64,000 bases of DNA, taken from positions 1-64,000 of the forward strand of contig CDRNVI010000056.1 in NCBI GenBank assembly GCA_977017575.1, read 5' to 3'. The notes beneath the pieces are model-generated. The model made no database searches and had not been told where the DNA came from. It worked only from the letters and a program-made list of their open reading frames with translations. The position numbers and the translations under genes were made by a program. The stretch comes from Paramoeba atlantica (Eukaryota; Protista; Discosea). Shown piece after piece: positions 1 through 10,446 of this stretch (positions within the stretch are counted from its first letter, which is position 1; each line of letters opens with the position of its first letter).

Positions 1-1
1 G

Positions 2-913
2 GAGATTCACCAGCACAAGAACTATGTACGAGAACAAAACCAAATCGCGAGCATGAAGGATTACATTGCCCGTTTCGGTCATGGCTCACGTAAACTCGCA
101 CGGCAGGCCCAATCCAAGGAGAAGACCCTTGCGAAAATGCAATCCAGTGGGCTTACCGAAAAAGTCGTCTCCGATCGTGTCATTAGCTTTGACTTTCCCA
201 GTCGCGGCCCCCTCCCCCCTCCGGTGCTTCAATTCACCGAAGTCAGCTTTAAGTACCCCCGTCAGCCGACCCTGCTGCTGGAGAACCTCAATTTTGGTAT
301 GGACCTGGACACGCGGGTGGCCATCTGTGGCCCCAACGGGGCAGGAAAAACGACCTTAACCAAACTCATGCTGGGGGAGCTGGAGCCCACCCACGGGGTG
401 GTGACCAAAAAGGGCCACCTCCGGGTCGCCCGGTATCACCAGCATCTGGTCGATATCTGTGACCTCGCCCAGTCCCCTCTGGGGTTTCTCAAGGGGGCCT
501 ACCCGGAGTATCTAACCCCGGAGCCCCTGCGGGGCGCGTTAGGCCGGTTTGGGGTCTCCGGGTCGCTACAGACCCAACCCATGGAGACCCTCTCCCATGG
601 ACAGCGCGCGCGGGTGATGTTTGCCTGGATGGCCCTCACCACCCCGCACATGCTCGTCCTGGATGAGCCCACGAACAATTTGGATATGGAATCAATTGAC
701 GCCCTCGCGGGGGCGCTGAATCGGTTCGAGGGGGCCGTCGTGGTGGTCAGTCACGATCTACGACTGATTGCGCAGATCGCGGAGGAGATCTGGGTCGTGG
801 AGAAGCAAAAAGTGACCAAGTTTGCCGGGGATATTGCGGATTACAAGGCCCACGTGGAACGTAGGATTGCGACACTCTCCAGGGAGTTTGAGAGGAAGTT
901 GAAGCAAAAGTGA
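2..913 (+). CDS. ABCF2: ABC-F family ATPase, ABCF2-like; 5' end truncated by the window edge
   Basis: Frame is open from base 2. Contains the linker IARFGHGSRKLARQAQSKEKTL typical of eukaryotic ABCF2, Walker A GPNGAGKT, signature LSHGQ, Walker B LVLDEPTNNLD and H-loop VSHD. No transmembrane segments; GC-rich codons. Confidence 0.93.
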   Translation, partial: EIHQHKNYVREQNQIASMKDYIARFGHGSRKLARQAQSKEKTLAKMQSSGLTEKVVSDRVISFDFPSRGPLPPPVLQFTEVSFKYPRQPTLLLENLNFGMDLDTRVAICGPNGAGKTTLTKLMLGELEPTHGVVTKKGHLRVARYHQHLVDICDLAQSPLGFLKGAYPEYLTPEPLRGALGRFGVSGSLQTQPMETLSHGQRARVMFAWMALTTPHMLVLDEPTNNLDMESIDALAGALNRFEGAVVVVSHDLRLIAQIAEEIWVVEKQKVTKFAGDIADYKAHVERRIATLSREFERKLKQK

Positions 914-1243
914 GGAAGGGGAGGGGGGGGAGAGAACCAGGGCGGCGTGGGCGAGGCGGGTATGGGTGGGCGAGGTGAGCGCGACCCCTTTCGTTTTTTT
1001 ACTCATTTTTATGAAGTTTGGATAATATTAACTTGAACCGTTCATTCTCGTTCTTGTATTGTGACAAATTTCTTATTACAGTACTTATCATTGGGGAGCA
1101 ATGTATGAGGTAATTTTTTTTAAAGGGAATCAGTCAAGGGAATGAGTCCATGTAAAAAATAAGTAAATTATTGTTGAAGAGTTTCCTTTGGTATTTTCCG
1201 AAGTAGTTCTTAGTATTTCTTTACACCAAATTTGCATTTCACA

Positions 1244-2026
1244 ATGCTATCGCGGACTGTGCTTCATATGGCGGATTCCTTACCCCCACACAGCCGTTTA
1301 GGAAAGGCTCGTGCTAAACTTCCAGAGGAATATCAATTAGCTCAATTTTTGCGCGACATCGACAACAAGCATTCCTCGTGGACTACAGATACTGCCGTGT
1401 GTCAATGGGATGGAGTCACGTGCACCGAAAGCGGTCGAATCAATTTGATTGATTGGGGATGGCGCAAGCTCGTTGGGACTCCGCATTGGGTACATTTGTC
1501 AAGCATGATGCCGAAACTGCATATTTACCTTAATGACAACCAGCTGAACGGGGAGATTGACTTCAAATTCTTACCGATGAGATTTTTCTACGCCAGGCAA
1601 AACAGATTCAAGGGTCGCCTAAAATTGGAAGATATACAAGAACATCTCAAATTCATCTATTTGGGTCATTGCGACTTACGCGGACCCATTTCGTTTCACG
1701 CACTTCCTCCTGGATTCGAATGTCTGTGCGCGCCTGTCAACCATCTCTCGAGATCTCTCGACTTCGGGGTTTTGCCACCTACCATGAGATCGTTGGACTT
1801 GTCAAACAACAACTTCTCTGGACCTGTCGATTTGAATAAGCTTCCATATTGTATATCCCTGCGGTTAGACAACAACGCAGATCTTAGTGGCGCATACGAC
1901 CCGATACTCTTTGCGCGCAGCATTGGCACACTGGGCACGCGGATTAAGAGACTACCGTCCCGCGGGTCTTATCCTTGCTTCTTGCCCCTCAGATACGTTT
2001 TCGATTCCTCGGTTTGGAACTTTTAG
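1244..2026 (+). CDS. LRR protein with cysteine N-cap (plant LRRNT_2-like)
   Basis: N-cap SW..TAVCQWDGVTC followed by LxLxxNxLxGxI/VDxxxLP repeats. First ATG at 1244. Close paralogue of 39184-39984. Confidence 0.88.
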   Translation: MLSRTVLHMADSLPPHSRLGKARAKLPEEYQLAQFLRDIDNKHSSWTTDTAVCQWDGVTCTESGRINLIDWGWRKLVGTPHWVHLSSMMPKLHIYLNDNQLNGEIDFKFLPMRFFYARQNRFKGRLKLEDIQEHLKFIYLGHCDLRGPISFHALPPGFECLCAPVNHLSRSLDFGVLPPTMRSLDLSNNNFSGPVDLNKLPYCISLRLDNNADLSGAYDPILFARSIGTLGTRIKRLPSRGSYPCFLPLRYVFDSSVWNF

Positions 2027-2699
2027 AATAGAAAATGATTTCTCAAAAATCTTTTGTTCCCTGTTTTAACGAACAGGGATTTAGAGTCTTCATTCCGCAC
2101 CTTCATATCCATCACGTATGTATTTAGAGGGGGTACTCCTACCCCTCTAAATATAACTCCTACGAGTCAGCAGATCTTGCCGAGATACGGAGCGATAGCA
2201 TTTCAACTCTTTCTACATGTAGAATCAGAGGACTTGATAAGCATAAGTAGTAAAAAACCGATGTTTGTTTCAGTTTCGCCGAAGCATGCTGTAGTTTTTT
2301 TCGCATTCCAATCATTGATTTCACCATTTCACCAGTCGCTGATTCCTAATGGTTGATTTCACCAAGATGACTGAGTTCATGACAGTTTTCCCGAATAATT
2401 CGACGAAATTCCAAAAATCGCTGCTATCTGCCGCAGACATCCTGTTGCTTTAAATAGAGAGCGTGGGGTATTGCCACCTGCCTCTTACACTTGTATAATG
2501 AAAAATCGTTTGTGTGGCTCCATCAACTTTGTTTTCCAAAGTGGGAGAAGGAGATTTTTGTTTTACTTTGGATGGTAGCTATGCTGACATGAAGAAACTG
2601 CATACTCTGTGTGACGAATACAGATCATCTGCATAGATTGAGTAAAATGAAGACCAGAAAATAATTCTGTTATCCACGTACAAAATGTGTTTAATTCAC

Positions 2700-3130
2700 T
2701 TTTGTTCAAGTAACGTTTGAATTGGGGTCATGGATCCAGTTTACGTCATCGCGGTGCTGAAAAATTTTAAAACTTCCTCGCAGTGCGCTCTGGGTCATAC
2801 TTTGCCGGCATGCCTCGAATGAGACTATCGTTCCGAAGAAAAAGAGAGTTCAGAGCTCGAGCTGAGCTGTGGAGCTTCCCTCGTGCACCTATTTCGAACA
2901 CCAAAAGAAAGGTGGCTGGGTGCTCAAGCTTCCTGGAATGATAAATCTTCGTGTACTTGTTCGTTTTCCGTTCACGCGCGTAGGCAAAGTTCTCCTCCCA
3001 GGGGCAAATTAGCTCGATTATGTACTCCTCTCCTTTCGTTAGTTTCACCCATCCGTCTGCTCGGGGCTCAGTATCGAGGTTCGTGAGCCACGACGGGATG
3101 GAGTTAAACTGTAGAAAATCGAAATTCACT
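2700..3130 (-). mobile_element. 3' fragment of an RLE non-LTR retrotransposon (HERO/R2-superfamily-like endonuclease)
   Basis: RADG..IIELICPWEEN..ARERK..KY..FEIGARG is the PD-(D/E)xK restriction-like endonuclease motif. A frameshifted tail (ALRGSFKIFQHRD) matches the 23605-24009 copy (AFRGSFTIYQNRD). Confidence 0.8.
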
Positions 3131-3830
3131 GAATTCACTGCTTCGTGCTTCGCAAACTCAGAGCCGTTGTCGCAAAAGTACGAACCTCGCAGTGCTCGGA
3201 TAATTTCCTGCGCAATGAGCTACGACCATTTGCAAGACAGCTTGCGAAGGATACCAGACCGGTGTTGTCGTTCTACAATACTGAGAAAAACGCAGTACTG
3301 TGCTGCGTCGTTTCAATGAGGTTCCATTCCCAATCTCATACCCATTCCCAGTCCCCATACGGGAGCGAGTGTTCCCAGAATCGGGATGTTTGCTAATATC
3401 CGTCCTATTTGGTATCTTGAGGCGATTTGTGCCACGACCTTCCTCCCGCCGAAGAAAAAGAAGACCAAGTGCCCCGATCTGTGTTCGCGCTTGATGAAAC
3501 CGTAAATTGCGACACGCGAAAGCTTCACATCATCTTCTTTATGTACTGCAGTCGCTATTTGTTGTGGACTAAATCCCTTTTCCGAAAGGGAGAGAATTTT
3601 ATGTCGCAGTGAATCTGAAATCGTTAGTTTCTTGCGCTTCCGTGACACCCTGGCTTTTTCCGTTGCCCCGTGCGCACTGTACTCGCCGAGAAATGTGCCG
3701 CGCTTGAGCTCTCGGTTCAGAGTAGCCTGGCTTACTAAGGAGGCTTACTCCAACCTTTTCTGCTATTTCTTCTTGTGAGAAGCCTTGATTATATAGCACT
3801 GCCATCGTTTCCCGGCCTTACAGGCTTAGT
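3130..3830 (-). pseudogene. Degenerate IS30-family transposase (second, divergent subfamily)
   Basis: Across frameshifts: HTH LYNQGFSQEEIAEKVGVS, Y...RAQ....RR, GFSPQQIA...LSRVAIYGFIK, GDWE (duplicated), IVERQHRSGILRKL and DNGSEFAKHEAVN. These are IS30 motifs in the correct order. Confidence 0.75.
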
Positions 3831-4551
3831 TACTGGCTGCTTGATGTCCCTGCGGGCGGCGTTAAGAAAATCGATACTCTCGCATAGGCCTCTTTTATCC
3901 ATTCCAGCACCAAATAACGAGTCACCTTACACACAGAGTTCTCGATTCGCCATGAACCAAGCAACTCATAGTACGCCCTCTTAAATAGGCGACTGAGGAC
4001 ACGGTCGTGAAGTTGGATGACAAAGAATCTTTTTTACGTAGAGTTTTTCAACCCAACGAGAAATTCGTAAGTTCACATCTGCGGGAGCTGAGCACCGTAT
4101 TTGCCCCAACCCCACTATACCCAACCATACTACCGTCTGAACTTCGCATATGAGTCTTCCAAAGCACTTATTGAAGTCAGTTCTGTATTTTGTCGGATCA
4201 TATCGATGACTCTTTCGGGCGAGGGGGCACCATAACGAGGAGGCATGAACGCACGAGCGGTGTACCCGTTCCATTGGTGAGTCTCTAGATCGCCATTTTT
4301 CGTCTCAAAAAAATACTTACAGCGACTCACAGCGACTCACAGCGATTCACAGAAATCTACAGGTACTCAAACTTTTTGCTATTCCTTTGTGACTTTTGGT
4401 TCTTGTTTTTCGGTTTTTTTGACAGAAAAAAAAATGGTAAAGCAGATTTATACTCAGTGTTGTAGACCTTGTGTTCTAAAGTCATTTAGTGTAGGAATAG
4501 AGTTTATCTTCTGCTAAACGTTTTTCTTGAAGTTTTTCTTAATCATAAGTG

Positions 4552-5340
4552 ATGGCTGAACTTTATGTGCGTTTGCACTGTTTTCACTGCGATAAGGTTA
4601 CTCAGTTCCGTGCTCGGACTCCTTCCTCTTGCCTTGATTGCGGCAACGAGCACACTAATGAGGAATGCACCTCACTTGAAATGTGCGGCCATTGCTCCGA
4701 GTTTTGCGTGCCTGTTGGCTGCAACATTTGCCCCTCTTGCAATAAGCCGCAAGATCATCAAACCTTAGGTCCTGAAGTTGTGGCAAAGTGTGCCAAGCGT
4801 GGGTTGGACCAAAAGAGAGTCCAGGAAGCATGCTGTGTCTACGAAGGGTGGACAGTATGCCAACGGAAGTTGACATTCGCACTTGTGGCCCAAGTACTTT
4901 GTATTATACAGCGAAGCTTTACTGTGGGAAAGTCGAAAGTGTATCGCCATGCGGCAACTTCCGTATCCGAATATTTCCGTCGTGAGCTTCCCTCTGCAGA
5001 CGTCCCCGTTCTATCAAAGACGATGCGCCGCATTTGGACAACCTACAAGGGAACTGCTGCCAAGAGTGTTAAGGAGCAAAGGGAAGAACGAAGAATGATC
5101 CATGATCAGATTGGAGACCTGCTTGAAGGATATACAATCCGTCGTGATCGTTTGTATTTGGCTAAGGATGCCATTTTCAGCGGCGCAGAAACGCCGGATG
5201 ACCTTTTCTCCGTTCTGTGCTCGTTGAAAATCTTGTTGCCGAAAGCCAAAGATGGAGATTTCAAGTTGCTGCATGTTCAGAAGAGCAGAAAGAGAGCTAA
5301 TTTGAACATTGAAACTGAAGTTGAAGTGATTACTCTCTAA
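4552..5340 (+). CDS. Accessory ORF of the Harbinger-like element; Cys-rich multi-zinc-ribbon protein of unknown function
   Basis: CFHC, CLDC, CGHC and CPSC pairs at the N-terminus. Intact in both element copies. Confidence 0.75.
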   Translation: MAELYVRLHCFHCDKVTQFRARTPSSCLDCGNEHTNEECTSLEMCGHCSEFCVPVGCNICPSCNKPQDHQTLGPEVVAKCAKRGLDQKRVQEACCVYEGWTVCQRKLTFALVAQVLCIIQRSFTVGKSKVYRHAATSVSEYFRRELPSADVPVLSKTMRRIWTTYKGTAAKSVKEQREERRMIHDQIGDLLEGYTIRRDRLYLAKDAIFSGAETPDDLFSVLCSLKILLPKAKDGDFKLLHVQKSRKRANLNIETEVEVITL

Positions 5341-5521
5341 AAAAGGTTGGTTTAAAGGAACAAGGGGATACGAAGTAAGTTTCGATATTTATGGTTGCTC
5401 ACTTATAAATATTTTGATACAAATTAATTTTGCGCGTATAAAGCTTAAGTTACAGTTCATTGTAATTGGTACAACTGCATAGTATTATTTATAGCTTTTC
5501 TGCCATTGTTTCTCTTTTTTT

Positions 5522-6539
5522 ATGCCTTCAGAACTCTCTCCGTGTGGACTTACACACGCTACATACGACTACTTGCGAAAAATTGGTTACGATGAAGAGT
5601 TAATTTTTGTTTCTCCGCACAGGGGGGCACTATGACACTGTTGCAGACCACTTAACCGCAAAATTTGGACGCGGTTGGTCTGAAAGCACTTGCAGGGCAA
5701 AAATTCCTGAATTTTTTGAAACGTTGTACCGTGAGCTACAAGGCAATTGGTTAGTTTTTCGAGACGATATTCTCTTACATGAAGCGAATACAACGGATGA
5801 CTTTTTTTCTAAGGATGTTCTTCTCGCCCTTGACACCGTTCCAATTTATGTGAGATCCGCGGATAGGTGTTTTCAGCCCAAATATGCAGATCATGTCGTG
5901 AAAGCCGCAGTGGGGTGCACATTCTCAGGATATGTGTGTTTCTTCCCCGAAAATCTGTATACCGGTTCCACCCCTGACAACAACATTCTTGAGCACACGA
6001 AAATCACAGATATTCTTAAAATTCATAAAATAAGGTGCCTCGCCGACGGCGGATTCAAAGGGTGCTCAGAAGTGATCCGTCCTTTTACTAAGACCCAAAT
6101 ATGGCCATTAAAGAGGCTTCTTGGTCAAACAGAGAAAGATTACGAAGATCAAGCTGACAAAAAACTCGAATTCAATGAGATGGTTGCCCATTACCGGTCG
6201 AGGGTAGAGCACCTTTTCAGTAGTTCAAATGGGGTAGGCCGATGGACAGCCTTTAAACATTGGAAAAAAGATCTGAACTGTACTCTATTCTATGCATTTG
6301 GTTCTTGCCTTATCGTTCAGAATGTTGAAATGTTCCTTCATCATCGAGAAAAGGGTAAGTATAAACCTATTAACGAAGCTGGGAAAGCATTGTTGGTGAA
6401 GAAATTCAAGGAGCACAAGGCCATGTCATCAAGGTACCCCAATCCTACGACGCGGAGTCCTTGCGCGGAGTTTCAGTCAACTATACCTACTTCTCTCGGA
6501 AAAGAAACGTGGAAAGTAATACTCAGTAGCTATAAATAA
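5522..6539 (+). pseudogene. PIF/Harbinger (DDE_Tnp_4/IS5-like) transposase, frameshifted near the 5' end
   Basis: Motifs LALDTVPI, LADGGF and YRSRVEHLF. Lacks 11 nt (cctcatttttg) that copy 2 has just before TTTCTCCGC. Confidence 0.85.
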
Positions 6540-7039
6540 ATAAATAAAGCTTATTTCTCGACATCATACTGCATATTCATTTAACAACATTCCATTACCG
6601 CTTCTTTTCATTACCGTTCTTTTTGGGGTGCAGTCAGTTTGCTATTTCAATTGCACTTTGTTTAAATTGCTTTTGGACCAAACCTTTTGTTACTTTTACT
6701 GTTTCGAAAGCATGGATATGCTAACCCCCTTAACCACCGATCTTTTGAGTGCCTCTTCTCGTCTTTCAGGCTCTTCCGAGGGAAAAAAATACCCACAGCT
6801 ACTCACAGATACTCACAGAAGCCCACAGCGACTCACAGAAATTTACAGAAACTCACACATACCTACAGATACTAACTACATACTCACCATTGTCTCAGAC
6901 TTATTTTGGGACACTGCTTCGGGAACATTGTAGTCGCGTCCTCGGACGATGAAAGCATGATTTCTGTGGTTGTAAGGAAGTAGGTGTGGAAGTAGGTGAT
7001 GCCGTGGCCTCTAATTTCATCTTCTGTACCCCACTGTAC

Positions 7040-8150
7040 AATTTCCTGTACAATTTTATCCATTGTATCCTCTGTAAATAACTTTTTAAAATAGGAAGAG
7101 CAATGCGAATGAGAACTGAAAGAAAATGAGAAAACAAAGGTACTATATTTTTCTTCTGTGGGTACTAAAATGTTTTTATTCAAAGCATTACAGTACATAC
7201 CGAAGCATTGCGTAGCGAAGCTAAATGCCAATTTCAAAACATACAATGAAATATGCAATGCATGAAATTTGAACAATCAATTAAGGTTACAAATCAAATA
7301 TTGTCGGTTTCAAGTTCAGAATGTGAGCTCTCAGATGTGCACGAGTTGTCTTCCATACATGTATAGTATAGGTGGTAGTTTCTCCCTTCTCCGCATTGCG
7401 TTGCTCAAGAGATGCTATCGCCTTCTCCAATGTATGCAAATGTTTTCTAGTTCTGGGTAGTTCTTATCGCCTTTTCCAAATAGGGGAATGCTTGCAAAGG
7501 TTTTCTAGTTCTCGGTACAGTTATTCCATAGCAATGCGCATTTCTTTGACAAGAAAGGATCTAGAAACAAACTTCTCTGGTACCCATCCAGTGACGCCAC
7601 CTAGTTTCGGGGTTTCTATGGCCCTATAGGGCTCACGAAATGTTCAAGGCTTAGGAAATCTGAGCTCCGTGTTTTAGAAGAATTCCATGCTGTTCCTTGG
7701 TGTTATCTTCATTTTGAAGTTCACTTAATAGTAAATCCTCTCAGTGCTGTCTCTGTGCTTCCCGAATTCGGTATTTGTGGCTACGTAAGTATGCATAACT
7801 TACTCGTTTCTCAAACTTCACAAGCCCCTGCACTTGCCTTGCTTTTCACTACAGTAGTTTCACTACAGTAGTCTTTCACTACAGTAGTCTTTTCACTACT
7901 GTAGTTCGGGCTCCGGGGTAGAACGCATTGCGGAAAGAATGCACAGACTTGAAAAATAGACATGTTTTCATAAACTTTCAAGGCAGTGACTATTGAGGAT
8001 ACCGACAAGTAGTGCTTAACAGCGTGATAAATAGAAGGGAACCTTTCTTTCCGTACATCTGCCCACCACGTTTGATGTTTGACATTATCAATTCCCCCTT
8101 CTACAGCTGGTCCGAAAAACGTAGCCTCCGAAACGGTCTTATTATCTCCC
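7040..8150 (-). mobile_element. Decayed, internally deleted copy of the hAT element at 10447-13757
   Basis: 7081-7340 aligns with 10770-11120, 7500-7680 with 11900-12070, and 7800-7950 with 12280-12400. Confidence 0.75.
7843..7905. repeat. Tandem repeat, unit ~TTTCACTACAGTAGT(C), about 4 copies
   Basis: Read directly. Absent from the homologous hAT segment near 12335. Confidence 0.85.
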
Positions 8151-9570
8151 CCTATTTATAGGGCTACGCGCGCTCCTCCCCTTTACCCCTAGAGCCATTT
8201 TGTCTAGAAGACCAAAACATTTGAGGGGCTGCGGGTCGCGAGGTTTCACCGAGGTTTCTCCCGCAGCCCCTCATTTCAGGGAAGGGCAAAAAAATCCAAT
8301 TTTAGACCCCCCCCTGTATGCCCATTTCGTGCACCCCCGTGAATGCACAACTTACACTTTGAAGTGTAATTGTCGTGGCGCGGATTGTCCCATAGTGGTC
8401 TCCAGCGGTCCATAGTGGCCCCAGAAATGCACCGGGGTCCACTGACGAAAGAGTTTTAAGTTTTTTTCCCAGAAGTTGCTCGGGGTCCACTGACGCAAGA
8501 GCTCCAAGCATCAAGGCACTTGGCGCGTACCGATGACTGATCGAAAAGCTTCACGCATGTCTTTGGACGTTCTGTAGGGCTTAGTCTTCTCTTCTTATTG
8601 CGAGGCTACGCCCTGTAGTGGTTGCGCTGTCAGAATGACTTCGTGGGAACACAATTTATCCCGCAACGCGACAAGAACGGTAGGGCTAACGTCACGGGTT
8701 CAGGGCTGTGCCGGACTTCAGGGCTTCCACGGCCCCAAAGAATCGCTTGCGCTCCTCGCTGAGTGTCCCCGCTTCTGGCCACCGAAGCATCTTCAAAAAT
8801 CGGTTCAATTGGCATCCAGGTTCTTACGCACTAGATAGCGTTTTGTAATAGTTCTACCAACTTCTGCCGCAAGTAACATAGCTTGCACAAGAGGGGTCAG
8901 ACGCCAAAGCGATAGACGTGTTCGATGAGTCCTCTTCGAACGGACGGCCGTCCGATGACTTTACCTAGAGTTTTCGACAATCGAAGAGTTACCGATAACA
9001 TTGTAAATATTTTCTTATGTTTAATAAAGTATTCCTTAGTGATTTATTGCCTCGAACATGAATGTTTTGTTCGCTTTTGTCTATTATAGATGTTTCCAAA
9101 ACATCTATAGACTATAGAGCTTCATATCGGTGTTTGACGGCTCGGCCGTTCAACAGAGGTTTGTTGACTTATCGAGGGTCATGTAGCACGAACGTTTGGG
9201 GTTGGTTCGGGGGTAAGACCAGGTGGCATCTGGGCCCAGCACTCCACGTTCTGACCAAGACAGAGAGACAAGGTATAGAAGGTAAAGGTAATAGAACGAT
9301 TATCTATTTGAAGCGCTTATTGGTGAAATTGTGATGGCAAGTATCTAAGATAACAACTTTTACTCCCCTCCAGGTTTATCAGTTTCACATCCATAAGTAA
9401 ATATAATTATAACTATAATTAAATTTATAGTTCAAAAAAGTTATAATTTATATTTATAATTACTTATGGAGGGGGCAGTAGTACTATATTTTATTTTATA
9501 CATTTAATGCTATTAATTAAACTTTAAGAGTTTTTCTGACACCCGATTGTACTACTATTAGTAGTAACTA

Positions 9571-10317
9571 ATGTCTCGCAGGACATTTTCGCATATCCTG
9601 TGTACGACTGAGGACATTCCATCGTCACGTACCGGTCGGATTCGTGGTGTCAGCGTCCCACAAGAATACGAACTTGCAAACTTTATCAAAGACGTCGGAA
9701 ATACCGATCCCTCTTGGAATACCAACACGCCAGCATGTGAGTGGAATCATGTGATATGTGATGAGGGAAATAAAATATCTAAGCTCGAGTGGGCAGGTCG
9801 CAAACTGCGGGGCCGTATCTGTTTGAAATTTCTCCCCCACTCAGTGCTCGAAATTCGTGCTCAACACAATAAACTTAGTGGGGAATTACCTCTCAAGGAC
9901 TTGCCTCCTGCAATTGCGATCATTGACCTTTCCGACAATAGTTTCACTGGATCAATCGATTTGACATGTTTACCGCAAACATTGCGACAACTAGTGCTCC
10001 AGCGGAATAAACTATCAGGAAACGTCGATTTGGGCCGTCTGCCCCTAAATCTTGAGTTCCTAGCGATAGATGACAATGCCTTTACGGGAACTCCGGATCT
10101 ACGTCGACTCCCACCAAATCTATCCTATCTTGATCTCAGCGGAAATCGGTTCGAAGGCTGGGTAGAGTTTGATTCATTACCTTCAGGTCTGCTGGGTCTA
10201 TGCCTGTTGGGTAATAAAGAACTTCAAGGTGAGGTGAAGAAGAGTCTTTTGCCTCAGAGTCTAAATCCTTACTTCGTAGAGATTGAGGGCACGAAGATAC
10301 GCAAATCAAGGACATAG
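9571..10317 (+). CDS. LRR protein, subfamily A
   Basis: VPQEYELANF..SWNTNTPACEW..VIC N-cap plus ~6 LRRs. Highly similar to 32540 and 35933. Confidence 0.9.
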   Translation: MSRRTFSHILCTTEDIPSSRTGRIRGVSVPQEYELANFIKDVGNTDPSWNTNTPACEWNHVICDEGNKISKLEWAGRKLRGRICLKFLPHSVLEIRAQHNKLSGELPLKDLPPAIAIIDLSDNSFTGSIDLTCLPQTLRQLVLQRNKLSGNVDLGRLPLNLEFLAIDDNAFTGTPDLRRLPPNLSYLDLSGNRFEGWVEFDSLPSGLLGLCLLGNKELQGEVKKSLLPQSLNPYFVEIEGTKIRKSRT

Positions 10318-10446
10318 AGATAGAAAGATATTTTGATCTACCATTTTATTTTGCTTTCTAGTAGGCAAGAAGTTCAAATTCGCAAATGCTTAGATTGTAA
10401 TAGAATCAGGGGTCTGAAAATCTACAAAATCTATTATTAGAAGTAA

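Larger units (their letters stand above)
4276..6888 (+). mobile_element. PIF/Harbinger-like DNA transposon, copy 1 (two ORFs)
   Basis: Ends GGTGAGT...ACTCACC, 3-bp target duplication ATT (4273-4275 and 6889-6891), subterminal ACTCACAG repeats. Near-identical inverted copy at 48707-50829. Confidence 0.9.

Noticed and set aside
2250-2520. Integrase zinc-binding-like phrase (IIRENCHELSHLG) on the minus strand
   Set aside because: The frame has many stops and no DDE core nearby; too weak to call.
8480-9350. GC-richer segment with short ORFs upstream of LRR 9571
   Set aside because: No motif, termini or second copy was recognised, so it is left unannotated.
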